Origin: Candidatus Saccharimonadota bacterium
GTDB taxonomy: Archaea; Nanohalarchaeota; Nanosalinia; Nanosalinales; Nanosalinaceae
DNA length: 32,000 nucleotides
NCBI GenBank assembly: GCA_001761425.1
Contig: CP012986.1
Coordinates: 900,001-932,000, forward strand
Reading direction: 5' to 3'
A model generated the notes under the pieces. That model searched no databases. It saw only the letters and a program-made list of their open reading frames with translations, and had not been told where the DNA came from. This document shows, piece after piece, positions 24,011 through 32,000 of the stretch (within the stretch, counting starts at the first letter, position 1; each line of letters opens with the position of its first letter). A program made the position numbers and the translations under genes.

Positions 24011-24652
24011 ATGTCGACTTTTGATGATGTTAGAGGCCTTGCAAGTTTCAGTGAACCGAAAGACGAGACTATTCCTAGAAAAACTATGGGTAGCATCCTG
24101 GAGGCAGGTAGACACGCACCTTCACCAGGAAATGTCCAGAGTCTGGAGATGATAGTGGTCGAATCTGAGGATAAGCTTGACATGCTTGCTAAAAGCACCG
24201 GCGACCACCGTATCAGAGAAGCTCCGGCAACAGTTATCCTCATAGCAGATGTTGAGAGGATGAAACGCAGGATAGGGAAAGGAGCACGCGAAGCTGCCAA
24301 CTCGGAGATCGCCTGCGCCGTACAGAACATGAGACTCGTGGCAAAGGAACACGACATCTACTCAGCCTGGGTCAGCGGATACGACGAACATACAGTCGCG
24401 GAGCAGTTCGAAATACCGGAAGGAAAAGTGCCTCTCGCAGCAGTAACATTTGCCTATACAGATAATCCAAACCCTCCTGAGGACAAGTTCGGCATGAACC
24501 AAATATGTTTCTACGACAGATATGATAACCAGATCGGAAGTTTCTTTGACAGCGTAGAGTGGAAAGGCCTCAGGGAGGAAAGAGAAGTCTATGGGAAAAA
24601 GGGCAGAGGCCTCATTGACAAGGCCAGAAGGAAACTTAGGAAGGTTTTATAA
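24011..24652 (+). CDS. nitroreductase-family protein
   Basis: 213-aa ORF. IPRKTMGSILEAGRHAPSPGNVQSLEMIVVE is the typical N-terminal nitroreductase signature. Confidence 0.75.
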   Translation: MSTFDDVRGLASFSEPKDETIPRKTMGSILEAGRHAPSPGNVQSLEMIVVESEDKLDMLAKSTGDHRIREAPATVILIADVERMKRRIGKGAREAANSEIACAVQNMRLVAKEHDIYSAWVSGYDEHTVAEQFEIPEGKVPLAAVTFAYTDNPNPPEDKFGMNQICFYDRYDNQIGSFFDSVEWKGLREEREVYGKKGRGLIDKARRKLRKVL

Positions 24653-24664
24653 AAATTCATCGAA

Positions 24665-24706
24665 TATTGTTTACTCATGAATAATAAAAGGAAGTTATTG
24701 TTTACT
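24665..24706 (+). repeat. perfect 11-nt direct repeat TATTGTTTACT x2 upstream of the TrmB-family gene
   Basis: Copies at 24665-24675 and 24696-24706 are 31 nt apart start to start. They lie upstream of the TTTAAATA TATA-like element at 24749-24756 and the ATG at 24775. Confidence 0.85.
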
Positions 24707-24774
24707 TCAAAACCCGGAAAAAGGTTTATAACTACCTTTACGTAACGGTTTAAATAGGAGAAGGTGCTAGAAAA

Positions 24775-25635
24775 ATGGTTGCAAGTCAAGAGACTCTAGA
24801 CAAGCTAGAAGACATCGGTCTGAACATGTACGAGAGGAAAATTTACTCCGCACTTCTTGGAAGAGGGGTTTCAACAGCCGGAGAACTCTCAGAGATGACC
24901 AATGTTCCACGTTCACGTGCCTACGATGTTCTAGAGTCACTAGCGGAGAAGGGCTTTGTCGTGATAAAGTCCTCCAAGCCGATGGAATACGTCAGTATCC
25001 CACCGGAGCAAGCTATCGAAAACATAAAGAAACAACATCAGAAAGATCTGGAGGAAAAACTGGACAAACTGGAAGACTTCAAGGACTCCGAAGCAGTAGA
25101 AGAGCTTGAAGGCCTTTACGACCAGGGAGTCGAGCTTGTAGATCCTGCAGAGATGTCAGGAAGCCTGAAAGGCAACCACCAGATCCATCAGCACATGGGA
25201 ACCATGTTCCAGGATGCCGAGAAAAGCATCAAAATCATGACATCCGAAAAAGGCCTAAACGATATTTACGAGAATCATTCTGACCTTCTGAACGAAGCCG
25301 AGGATAAAGGCGTAAGTGTCCAGGTTCTAGCACCTGTAACAGACGAGAACCAGGAGGCCTTCGAAGCTTTGAGCGATGTAGCAGAGATCAGACATGTAGG
25401 AGATCTCGAGCAGAAACTGGAGGAAGTCAACGAATCTCCTGACGGAAGATTCGCGATCATCGACGATGAGGCCCTGACAATGGCTATGACGCATGATGAA
25501 GTTCATGCAACCCAGGATACTGCTTTCTGGTCAAAGAGCGATCACATGGCGGACAACATGCTTTCACCGATGTTCCACATGCTCTGGGATCACGCGGAGA
25601 AGCCAAGCGGTCCATCAGGCCCTGAGATGGAGTAA
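24775..25635 (+). CDS. TrmB-family transcriptional regulator
   Basis: The N-terminal winged HTH LGLNMYERKIYSALLGRGVSTAGELSEMTNVPRSRAYDVLESLAEKGFV follows the TrmB pattern, and there is a C-terminal effector-like domain. Confidence 0.85.
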   Translation: MVASQETLDKLEDIGLNMYERKIYSALLGRGVSTAGELSEMTNVPRSRAYDVLESLAEKGFVVIKSSKPMEYVSIPPEQAIENIKKQHQKDLEEKLDKLEDFKDSEAVEELEGLYDQGVELVDPAEMSGSLKGNHQIHQHMGTMFQDAEKSIKIMTSEKGLNDIYENHSDLLNEAEDKGVSVQVLAPVTDENQEAFEALSDVAEIRHVGDLEQKLEEVNESPDGRFAIIDDEALTMAMTHDEVHATQDTAFWSKSDHMADNMLSPMFHMLWDHAEKPSGPSGPEME

Positions 25636-25710
25636 AAACTTTTTTTCTCATCCTCTCTTTTTCCTATACTGATTATTTCTGAACAGGGTAAAAATAGAAG
25701 AATTACAGGC

Positions 25711-26607
25711 CTAGTACCGTGCTGATAGAGGTGTCTGTACACCTGTTCCAAGGCCTAGATCAGCGAGAATGTTTCCTACTCCTGTGTTTGAGAGAAAGAG
25801 TGATAGTAGGCCTTCCGTCTGTCTTGTCTCAAGTTCTCTGAGCTGTAAGTCTTTGTTTGTAAGTTTTTCAGCAGATTCTACTGCCTGTGCTCTGCCTCCA
25901 AGACTGTCTACTAGGCTGAGGTTTCTGGCTTCTTGTCCGAGGAATATCTTGGCTGTCTGTACCTCTTCTATCTCTGCCTGTGTCAGGTTTCTGTTCTTAT
26001 CGACCATGTCGATGAATTCGTCCTGTATGTCGACAGCCATATCCTGTAAAACTTCCTTATCCTGTTCTGTGGTGTTCGTGAACGGCGATCCTACCTGTTT
26101 GTATTTTCCTGCGCTGATGTTAACGTATTCTACACCTATTTTGTCCATAGCTCCTGAATACTCCAGATATGAGGAAGTTACTCCTATACTCCCTGTTATT
26201 GTAGCTGAGTCTGCGACGATCCTGTCACATCCCATCGCTATCATGTAGCCTCCGGAAGCAGAGATATCCCGGAAACGGCACACAGTAGGAACCTCTATAT
26301 TATCTATAGCCCTCTTGATCTCTTTGGAAGCTACTACAGAGCCTCCTCCAGAGTTTATCTCGTACACCACAGCATCGTAACCACCATTTCTAACCTTCTG
26401 GTTCAGATCCCGGACCTGCTCAGGTGTGATACCGCTCGAAGCAAAACCTGAGGAAGTCGGCGTGATAGTACCTGAAAGCTTCAAAAGAGCTGCATCACCC
26501 GAAGTACTCTGGAAAAGGCCTCCAAGACCTAAAGCTGCTACAGAAGCCGTGAAAATTACGAAAAGCCCGAGAAAGCCTGCTAAAATCTTCAGCTTCGAAT
26601 GTTTCAT
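25711..26607 (-). CDS. sppA: signal peptide peptidase SppA (S49 family, 36K type)
   Basis: 298-aa ORF with an N-terminal TM anchor and the S49 core INSGGGSV...SASGGYMIAMGCDRIVADSATITGSIGV. Confidence 0.9.
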   Translation of the reverse strand: MKHSKLKILAGFLGLFVIFTASVAALGLGGLFQSTSGDAALLKLSGTITPTSSGFASSGITPEQVRDLNQKVRNGGYDAVVYEINSGGGSVVASKEIKRAIDNIEVPTVCRFRDISASGGYMIAMGCDRIVADSATITGSIGVTSSYLEYSGAMDKIGVEYVNISAGKYKQVGSPFTNTTEQDKEVLQDMAVDIQDEFIDMVDKNRNLTQAEIEEVQTAKIFLGQEARNLSLVDSLGGRAQAVESAEKLTNKDLQLRELETRQTEGLLSLFLSNTGVGNILADLGLGTGVQTPLSARY

Positions 26608-26663
26608 ACAGTAAAGTTAGGCGGATATTTCCTTTTTAACTCTTCATATCCTCGACTAAAAGT

Positions 26664-28235
26664 ATGTCGAAGTTAAAACAGCTCTCAAGAGAAATAATCA
26701 AGGAGATTGAAGCAGGAGAGATGGAAGAGAAACAGGAAGTAGAAAAAAGGAAAAAAGAGCTTTGCAGTGAACTAGGATTTTCAGGAATGCCAAAAAACTC
26801 GGACCTGCTGAAATTCGCTGAAGATGACGAAGAGAAGGCCCAGCACGTTCTCAAGACCAAACCGATGCGTACCATCTCTGGTATCGCAAACGTAGCGATA
26901 ATGGCAAGGCCTGCGCCCTGCGGCGGAGGATGTATTTACTGTCCTAAAGGAGAGGACGCACCACAGAGCTACACCGGTAAGGAGCCAGCGACTAGGAGAG
27001 CGATCAGGAACGGCTACGACCCGTATGACCAGGTGGAGGACAGGCTCGGCCAGTACGAGAAAAACGGTCACAGCATCTCCAAGTCCAAGCTAATTATAAT
27101 GGGAGGAACCTTTCCATTCCAGGACCCGGATTACCAGAAGAAGTTTTTGAAAAGAGCTTTCGACGGACTAAACGAATACGAAGACGGAGAAAAAGCTGAG
27201 ACGCTTGAAGAGGCCCAGTTACAGAACGAGACCGCTGGGGTTAGAAACGTCGGAGTTACGTTCGAGACAAGGCCTGATATCGCCGAGACCAAACATATTG
27301 ATAGAATCCTGGATATGGGAGGTACACGTGTAGAGATGGGAGTCCAGACAGTCTTCGACGAGACCCATGAAATAACTAACAGAGGCCACGGTATGGAACC
27401 GGTTATTGAAGCTACGAAGCGTTTGAAAAACGCAGGTTTCAAGGTAGCTTACCATTTGATGTTAGGCCTTCCTGGCGAGGAAAGAAAACATGATATCGAG
27501 AAGTTCCAGGAGGCCTTCTCTAATCCTGATTACCAGCCTGATGAGGTAAAGATCTATCCCTGTGAGGTTATCGAGGGTACAGAACTTTACAGACAGTACG
27601 AGGAGGGCGAGTTCGATCCTATTGACGACGATGAAGCTAAAGATAGGCTAAAGGAGGTCTTGAGGAATCATATGCCTCCTCACGTCCGTGTTAAGCGAGT
27701 CATGAGAGATATTCCTTCTACAGAAGTTGATGCAGGCCCTCAGCTAACAAACATGAGGCAGATGGCTCTCCAGGAGCTGGAGAAAGAAGGAGAACACTGT
27801 CGCTGTATCAGATGCAGAGAAGTAGGACATGTCAGAAGGAAGAGGGATGACACGCCTGAAGATGTAGAGCTTGTTGAACGCGATTACGAGGCCTCAGGAG
27901 GACACGAATACTTCCAGAGCTTTGAAGACACTGAGAAGGATATAATTCTAGGCTTCACAAGATTGAGAGCACCGCCAGAAAGCCATAGAGAGGAGATCGA
28001 TGGTAATACTGTTTTAGTCCGACAGCTTAAGGTTCTCGGCTCCGCTACTGACTTCGGCGAAGAAGGTGAGGCCCAGCACCAGGGCTACGGTAAGAGACTT
28101 ATGGAAAAAGCAGAAGAAAAGGCCTCAGAGCTAGGCAGAGATAAAGTGGTCGTCATCTCCGCTGTCGGCACGCGCGAGTACTACAGGAAGCTGGGTTATG
28201 AGCGTGAAGGGCCTTACATGGTCAAGAACCTGTAG
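26664..28235 (+). CDS. elp3: Elp3-type radical SAM / GNAT acetyltransferase (tRNA uridine-34 modification enzyme)
   Basis: 523-aa ORF with the radical SAM cluster motif CGGGCIYCP, GVQTVFDE, and the C-terminal GNAT motif QHQGYGKRLMEKAE. Confidence 0.93.
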   Translation: MSKLKQLSREIIKEIEAGEMEEKQEVEKRKKELCSELGFSGMPKNSDLLKFAEDDEEKAQHVLKTKPMRTISGIANVAIMARPAPCGGGCIYCPKGEDAPQSYTGKEPATRRAIRNGYDPYDQVEDRLGQYEKNGHSISKSKLIIMGGTFPFQDPDYQKKFLKRAFDGLNEYEDGEKAETLEEAQLQNETAGVRNVGVTFETRPDIAETKHIDRILDMGGTRVEMGVQTVFDETHEITNRGHGMEPVIEATKRLKNAGFKVAYHLMLGLPGEERKHDIEKFQEAFSNPDYQPDEVKIYPCEVIEGTELYRQYEEGEFDPIDDDEAKDRLKEVLRNHMPPHVRVKRVMRDIPSTEVDAGPQLTNMRQMALQELEKEGEHCRCIRCREVGHVRRKRDDTPEDVELVERDYEASGGHEYFQSFEDTEKDIILGFTRLRAPPESHREEIDGNTVLVRQLKVLGSATDFGEEGEAQHQGYGKRLMEKAEEKASELGRDKVVVISAVGTREYYRKLGYEREGPYMVKNL

Positions 28236-28309
28236 ATTTCTGAGCGAAGGTAAGAAAGTGGTGATACCCCCTCCCCAGGAGGCTCACCGATGATGCGGGA
28301 AAGAACTGT

Positions 28310-28591
28310 CTAATTCGAGTGTGTCTGCTTAAGTGTCTGCCATCTCTCAGAGAACTCGTCTTTCATCTGTTCAAGAGCTATACGCTCCTCATCTGTAAGC
28401 TCCTGAGATTCAACTATCTCTCTGTAAACTTTGTAAGGATGTGTAGGGACTTCCTCATCCATGTTCTGCTTAAAATCATCTTCAAACTTGTCCCTGTGTT
28501 TCTCTACTTTTTCTTCAAGAACGCCATCTTCTTCCCATTCATCGGCGAGCTTTTCCTTCGTACTTTTACCTAAATCCCAGAGGCTCGCCAT
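28310..28591 (-). CDS. hypothetical small acidic protein (93 aa)
   Basis: The ORF has D/E/K-rich helical composition consistent with the neighbouring proteome. The opposing 84-aa ORF is F/L-rich and looks like a shadow. No motif recognised. Confidence 0.5.
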   Translation of the reverse strand: MASLWDLGKSTKEKLADEWEEDGVLEEKVEKHRDKFEDDFKQNMDEEVPTHPYKVYREIVESQELTDEERIALEQMKDEFSERWQTLKQTHSN

Positions 28592-28800
28592 AAAGGACTA
28601 ACAGCCATTAAGTCTTATTAACCTTATCCCCCTCTCTTAGACTCTTAGGACAAAAAGAACCGATTTTGTGTCGTTTCCTTGACGTAAAAACAGTTTTAGC
28701 ATCGATTAGACAGGTCTAAGAGATGGAAAGCTCTAGGCAAGAACAAAACGAAAACATGTAAAATTCCCCGAATACAAACCTTCTATAAGGCGATTACAGA

Positions 28801-29523
28801 GTGAACATTATCAATGTTTTGCTAGACAGCCTTAAGATGCTCAAGAGAAGGCCTCAACTTTTCCTCCCGAAACTGGCATCTGCACTGATAAGCTCGGCCT
28901 GGATAATACTTATATTTTCCATGCTGGAAGCAAGACAGCTCCAGCAACTTACAGCAGTCTACACGATAACTACACCGTTTATAGTACTGTTAGGAGTCTT
29001 CGTACCGCTGATGACTGCCGAAATGATAAGTAATCATGAAAGAAAAAACCTTCTCAGGTCCTCTTTCCTCAAGACAGCAAAAAACTGGAAAAAAGTACTG
29101 GGAGTAACCTTTTTGATGTTCATGGTAATATTCACGGTTTCCATACCCTCCATACTAGGCCTCACCGGATTCTGGCTCTTTGAAAACGCTTTGATAGGCC
29201 TAGCCGGGATCTCCGTATCCGTACTGATCCTGGTAGGCCTCAGCTTCCTGATATACTTTCTGCCGATCTCTGTTCTTGCAGAAGACAGTGTTATATCGGG
29301 AGTAAGAAGTTCAATGGATACTTCGCTGGAAAACAGGAGAGAGGTCTCTGTTCTAATGGCTTTCTCACTAGGCCTCTTCCTTCTAGCGTTTGGCTCCCAG
29401 GGCGTGACCAGAAACCTTGGTTTCACAGCATTTGTTTTTGGAAGAGTGCTTTCAGCGACGGTAACGACCTATACCTTTGTAGTAAGTCCTAAATACTACT
29501 TGAAAGAGAAAGATACTGAGTAA
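28801..29523 (+). CDS. hypothetical multi-pass membrane protein (about 6 TM)
   Basis: 240-aa ORF with a GTG start and alternatives TTG 28819 and ATG 28837. It has repeated hydrophobic segments and no catalytic motif I recognise. Confidence 0.6.
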   Translation: MNIINVLLDSLKMLKRRPQLFLPKLASALISSAWIILIFSMLEARQLQQLTAVYTITTPFIVLLGVFVPLMTAEMISNHERKNLLRSSFLKTAKNWKKVLGVTFLMFMVIFTVSIPSILGLTGFWLFENALIGLAGISVSVLILVGLSFLIYFLPISVLAEDSVISGVRSSMDTSLENRREVSVLMAFSLGLFLLAFGSQGVTRNLGFTAFVFGRVLSATVTTYTFVVSPKYYLKEKDTE

Positions 29524-29560
29524 GAAAAGAACAAGGCCTTGGATGGAGAAAAGGAGGCGT

Positions 29561-30127
29561 TTAGGCCTCCAGTGTTTCTACGAGTTTTTCCGCTGCTTCG
29601 TCTGCTTTGCCTTCCCTGTTTTCGATGATCTGGAGATAGGCGCCTGTGAGGACTGATCCTGTGGCCGCCATTTCTCTGGCGACTTCCTGGTATTCCTCGA
29701 TATCTTCAACGGATTCGTGTTCTCTGTCACGTCCTCCTTCCTGGCTTCTCTTAAAGATTGCTTCAGAGTCTGCTGTCAACATTACAAGCTTGTCAGGCAT
29801 GAGATTTTCGATAGTCCATTTCGGAAGACCTGGAATATAGCCGAAGGGAGACTTGATGGTAGCGTGAGTATCTACGATGACGTTTCCATCCTCAGAATCT
29901 TCAACAATGGATTCCGCGGCCTTTTTCTGTATATCCTTGTATGTTTCGACATCAAGGTCTTTCATCTCGTCCCTGTGTTCGACTAGGCCTCGATCCTTGG
30001 CGGTTTCCACCATCCTGTCGCCATAATTGATTACTTCATACTCTTCGCCAGATTTTTCTGTCGCTTTTTCGAGTACTGTTGATTTTCCGACTCCTGAAAG
30101 GCCTACAACTATATTTACGCTACTCAT
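29561..30127 (-). CDS. adkA: archaeal-type adenylate kinase
   Basis: 188-aa ORF with the P-loop GLSGVGKSTV at the extreme N-terminus and the DTHATIKSPFGYIPGLP pattern of AdkA. It overlaps the cca stop by 8 nt. Confidence 0.9.
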   Translation of the reverse strand: MSSVNIVVGLSGVGKSTVLEKATEKSGEEYEVINYGDRMVETAKDRGLVEHRDEMKDLDVETYKDIQKKAAESIVEDSEDGNVIVDTHATIKSPFGYIPGLPKWTIENLMPDKLVMLTADSEAIFKRSQEGGRDREHESVEDIEEYQEVAREMAATGSVLTGAYLQIIENREGKADEAAEKLVETLEA

Positions 30128-31481
30128 TTTCCTTCACTTTCAGCTTCTCCGCCAAGTATTTTAACCATTCCTCGTCGTCAGGAACAGCCTCCGTGAACCG
30201 GAACTCGACTATCTTCTTCGCCACATGATCCGGTATACCCTTCTTCTCCAGTTCCTCGACTTCTCCTGAAAGAAAATCGTTCAGAAAGGCCTTCGCTTCC
30301 GTGTAGTCTCTGTCGATTTTAGCCCAGATCCTTTCATCTTCTATGAAAGTGTTCTCGTACTTCTCTGTAAACTGTTCGAGGTGTTCGACGCCGTGAAAGA
30401 CTTTCGGACCTTTCTGCTTCCGGACTTCGGGAAGGGAGGCCTCAAGTTCGAGGAGGATGCGGGTTTTCTCCTCTCCGACGTGGAAACCGGTCTCGAAAAT
30501 CCTGAACTGTTTTTCTTCCAGTACGTTTTCCAGGCGGCGAAGAGTTTTCCTCATCTGTGGATAGATCACGTCCTCTACCGCTTCAGGCCTCTCAAACTCC
30601 ATAACCAGGAAGTCCGCTCTCCTGTCGATCTCCTGTTTTACCTCGAACTGGCTGATCTCTCTTTCCTCTTCCTGGAAGAATTTCATGCTAGGATCTCTGT
30701 TGAACTGCCAGAACCTGTGGATAACCCTGGAATAGTTCTGCGCACTCATCACCGAGGCGACATTCCTCTCCGGATCCACAGGATCGATGACCACAAAGCT
30801 TTCATCCGAAAACTTCTCTTTCAAGGCCTGAGGAAGGCCTCCCCCATGATGATTTTCAGGGTCTATTACCTCGTTTTCCCTCCAGTTCTCCGCTTCTTCC
30901 GCCAGTTCCTTGAAGCCTCCGAAGTGTGCGATCAGTATCTCACACAGGTAACCGGAGAAGGCCTGTACTTTGAGTGATGAGCCGTAGAGGCCTCCCGAGT
31001 CGAGGAACTTCTTCAGTATGACTGCGTCTTTTTTCTGTCTCTGGTTAAGGTTTTCTGAGGCCCATTTCGAGTGGTGTGGTGTTCTGTCGACCGCTGATTT
31101 GATGTTTTCGGGGCTTACTTTGTAGCAGGGGACGATTTCGACTTCGTGACCGTTTATTTGGCCTTTTGTGTATGGATGCTCTGCGTATTCGACCTGGTAT
31201 TCGCCGTCAAAGTTTTCAAAGGCTTTTTTTCCGACTGTGAGGCCTTGCTGTTCTATTGTTTTTCTTTCAGTATCTCTGGGAAAGAGTACGAAAAGATCAA
31301 TGTCTTTGTCGCCTGACATGCATGTACCTCGGCCTGTGCTTCCTGCGAAATGTGTTTCAAGGCCGTACTCTCCTTCTATAAACGCTGAGATTTTCTCGTA
31401 TACGCTTCTGGCATCGCGGAGTTCTTTCTGCTCCGGGTAAACCTGTTCTATGATTTTTTCACGGACTCTTTCCCATTCCAT
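30120..31481 (-). CDS. cca: CCA-adding tRNA nucleotidyltransferase (archaeal class I)
   Basis: 453-aa ORF with the active site GSTGRGTCMSGDKDIDLFVLFP and an RTPHH-like motif (DRTPHHSKW). An ATTAATAT TATA-like element lies about 25-35 nt upstream of the ATG. Confidence 0.93.
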   Translation of the reverse strand: MEWERVREKIIEQVYPEQKELRDARSVYEKISAFIEGEYGLETHFAGSTGRGTCMSGDKDIDLFVLFPRDTERKTIEQQGLTVGKKAFENFDGEYQVEYAEHPYTKGQINGHEVEIVPCYKVSPENIKSAVDRTPHHSKWASENLNQRQKKDAVILKKFLDSGGLYGSSLKVQAFSGYLCEILIAHFGGFKELAEEAENWRENEVIDPENHHGGGLPQALKEKFSDESFVVIDPVDPERNVASVMSAQNYSRVIHRFWQFNRDPSMKFFQEEEREISQFEVKQEIDRRADFLVMEFERPEAVEDVIYPQMRKTLRRLENVLEEKQFRIFETGFHVGEEKTRILLELEASLPEVRKQKGPKVFHGVEHLEQFTEKYENTFIEDERIWAKIDRDYTEAKAFLNDFLSGEVEELEKKGIPDHVAKKIVEFRFTEAVPDDEEWLKYLAEKLKVKENE

Positions 31482-31592
31482 AAAACTGTTTTTGTCCGGA
31501 AGCCGATATTAATCTTGGGAAAAAACGCTGAAATCTGAAGAATAATGAGCGAAAGAGTAGTGAGGCCTTTATAGAGGCCTCGGAGGAGTTTT

Positions 31593-31976
31593 TTAGTTGT
31601 TGAGGCCTTTAACCTGTTTGCGGTCGCCGATGACCCAGAACTCTATTTCTTCTCCTTCTCCTGCTGAGAGGTCGTCTGGGAGTTCCATTTCTTCGGTCTC
31701 GTATGTGTCCATGTCCATGACCTGTGCAATGTTTCCGTCTCTGGAGACTACCTGGCCGACTTTTTTGTCGACGTCAGGGCTCATCATCATTGCGTCGCCT
31801 GGCTTGGTGATATGTCTGTCCTTGTCATCGAATACTCCTCTCGCCTTGATCTTGTGCTTGGCACTTCCATGCTTTCCTGGAGAGGATTTGCTTGTTGATC
31901 GGACGATGCATGGCTCTCCGTCGATCATGATGTATGTTCCGTCGCTGACGTTGGATGCTTCCATTTGTGTCGGCAT
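31593..31976 (-). CDS. eif5a: translation initiation factor 5A (aIF5A)
   Basis: 127-aa ORF with the hypusination loop SSPGKHGSAKHKI and a C-terminal OB domain. AAGGTGAAC lies 9-13 nt upstream. Confidence 0.93.
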   Translation of the reverse strand: MPTQMEASNVSDGTYIMIDGEPCIVRSTSKSSPGKHGSAKHKIKARGVFDDKDRHITKPGDAMMMSPDVDKKVGQVVSRDGNIAQVMDMDTYETEEMELPDDLSAGEGEEIEFWVIGDRKQVKGLNN

Positions 31977-32000
31977 TGTTTAGTTCACCTTAGGTTGGAG

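Larger units (their letters stand above)
1024..31608. repeat. dispersed highly iterated palindrome AGGCCT (about 137 copies by manual count)
   Basis: Counted by reading every line, including line junctions. The first copy is at 1024-1029 and the last at 31603-31608. See the first finding. Confidence 0.9.

Noticed and set aside
1-32000. CRISPR arrays, transposases, integrases, toxin-antitoxin or other recognisable defence or mobile modules
   Set aside because: I found no regularly spaced repeats of 25-40 nt. No ORF shows DDE/HUH transposase, tyrosine or serine recombinase, Cas, or restriction/methylase signatures. The only mobile-element-like trace is the tRNA-Lys 3' duplication.
1-32000. AGGCCT enrichment as a by-product of amino-acid or codon bias alone
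   Set aside because: The motif occurs in all three phases on both strands and in at least 17 intergenic positions, while one-mismatch GGCC-core variants are roughly ten-fold rarer. A formal phase-aware model is still needed, as listed in the first finding.

Overview
Dense archaeal chromosomal window: about 45 genes, short spacers and several overlapping stop/start pairs. Content is almost entirely housekeeping.

- **Information processing:** MCM helicase, TBP, ATP-dependent DNA ligase, aIF2-beta, aIF5A, ribosomal proteins L15e/L37e/S8e, an LSm protein, archaeal adenylate kinase, class I CCA-adding enzyme, Elp3, DRG GTPase, endonuclease III, photolyase, RPA-like OB-fold proteins and a Vms1-like release-factor-fold protein.
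- **Other genes:** a P-type cation ATPase, a processive GT2 glycosyltransferase, SppA, a UbiA prenyltransferase, two Nudix hydrolases, a small GTPase with DUF2073 and Roadblock/LC7 genes, and several small acidic or membrane proteins of unknown function.
- **RNA genes:** two tRNAs, tRNA-Ile(GAU) with an 86-nt intron and tRNA-Lys(UUU).
- **Likely source:** the proteins are strongly acidic and GC looks moderate. That suggests a salt-in halophilic archaeon with a compact genome, possibly Nanohaloarchaeota/DPANN-like. This is inference only.
- **Not found:** no CRISPR array, transposase, integrase or recognisable defence system.

The most unusual signal is not a gene. The palindromic hexamer AGGCCT, often AAGGCCT(T), occurs about 137 times by manual count, roughly one per 230 bp, against about 8 expected. 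It sits in all codon phases, on both strands and in spacers, resembling cyanobacterial HIP1.

Secondary observations:
- a 22-nt duplication of the tRNA-Lys 3' end
- a relaxed bulge-helix-bulge at the long tRNA-Ile intron
- a tandem TATA-like array upstream of tbp
- tandem paralogous membrane proteins between the two tRNAs
- a shared C-terminal winged-helix signature in MCM and the neighbouring OB-fold protein

All product calls rest on motifs read from the translations; no database search was possible.
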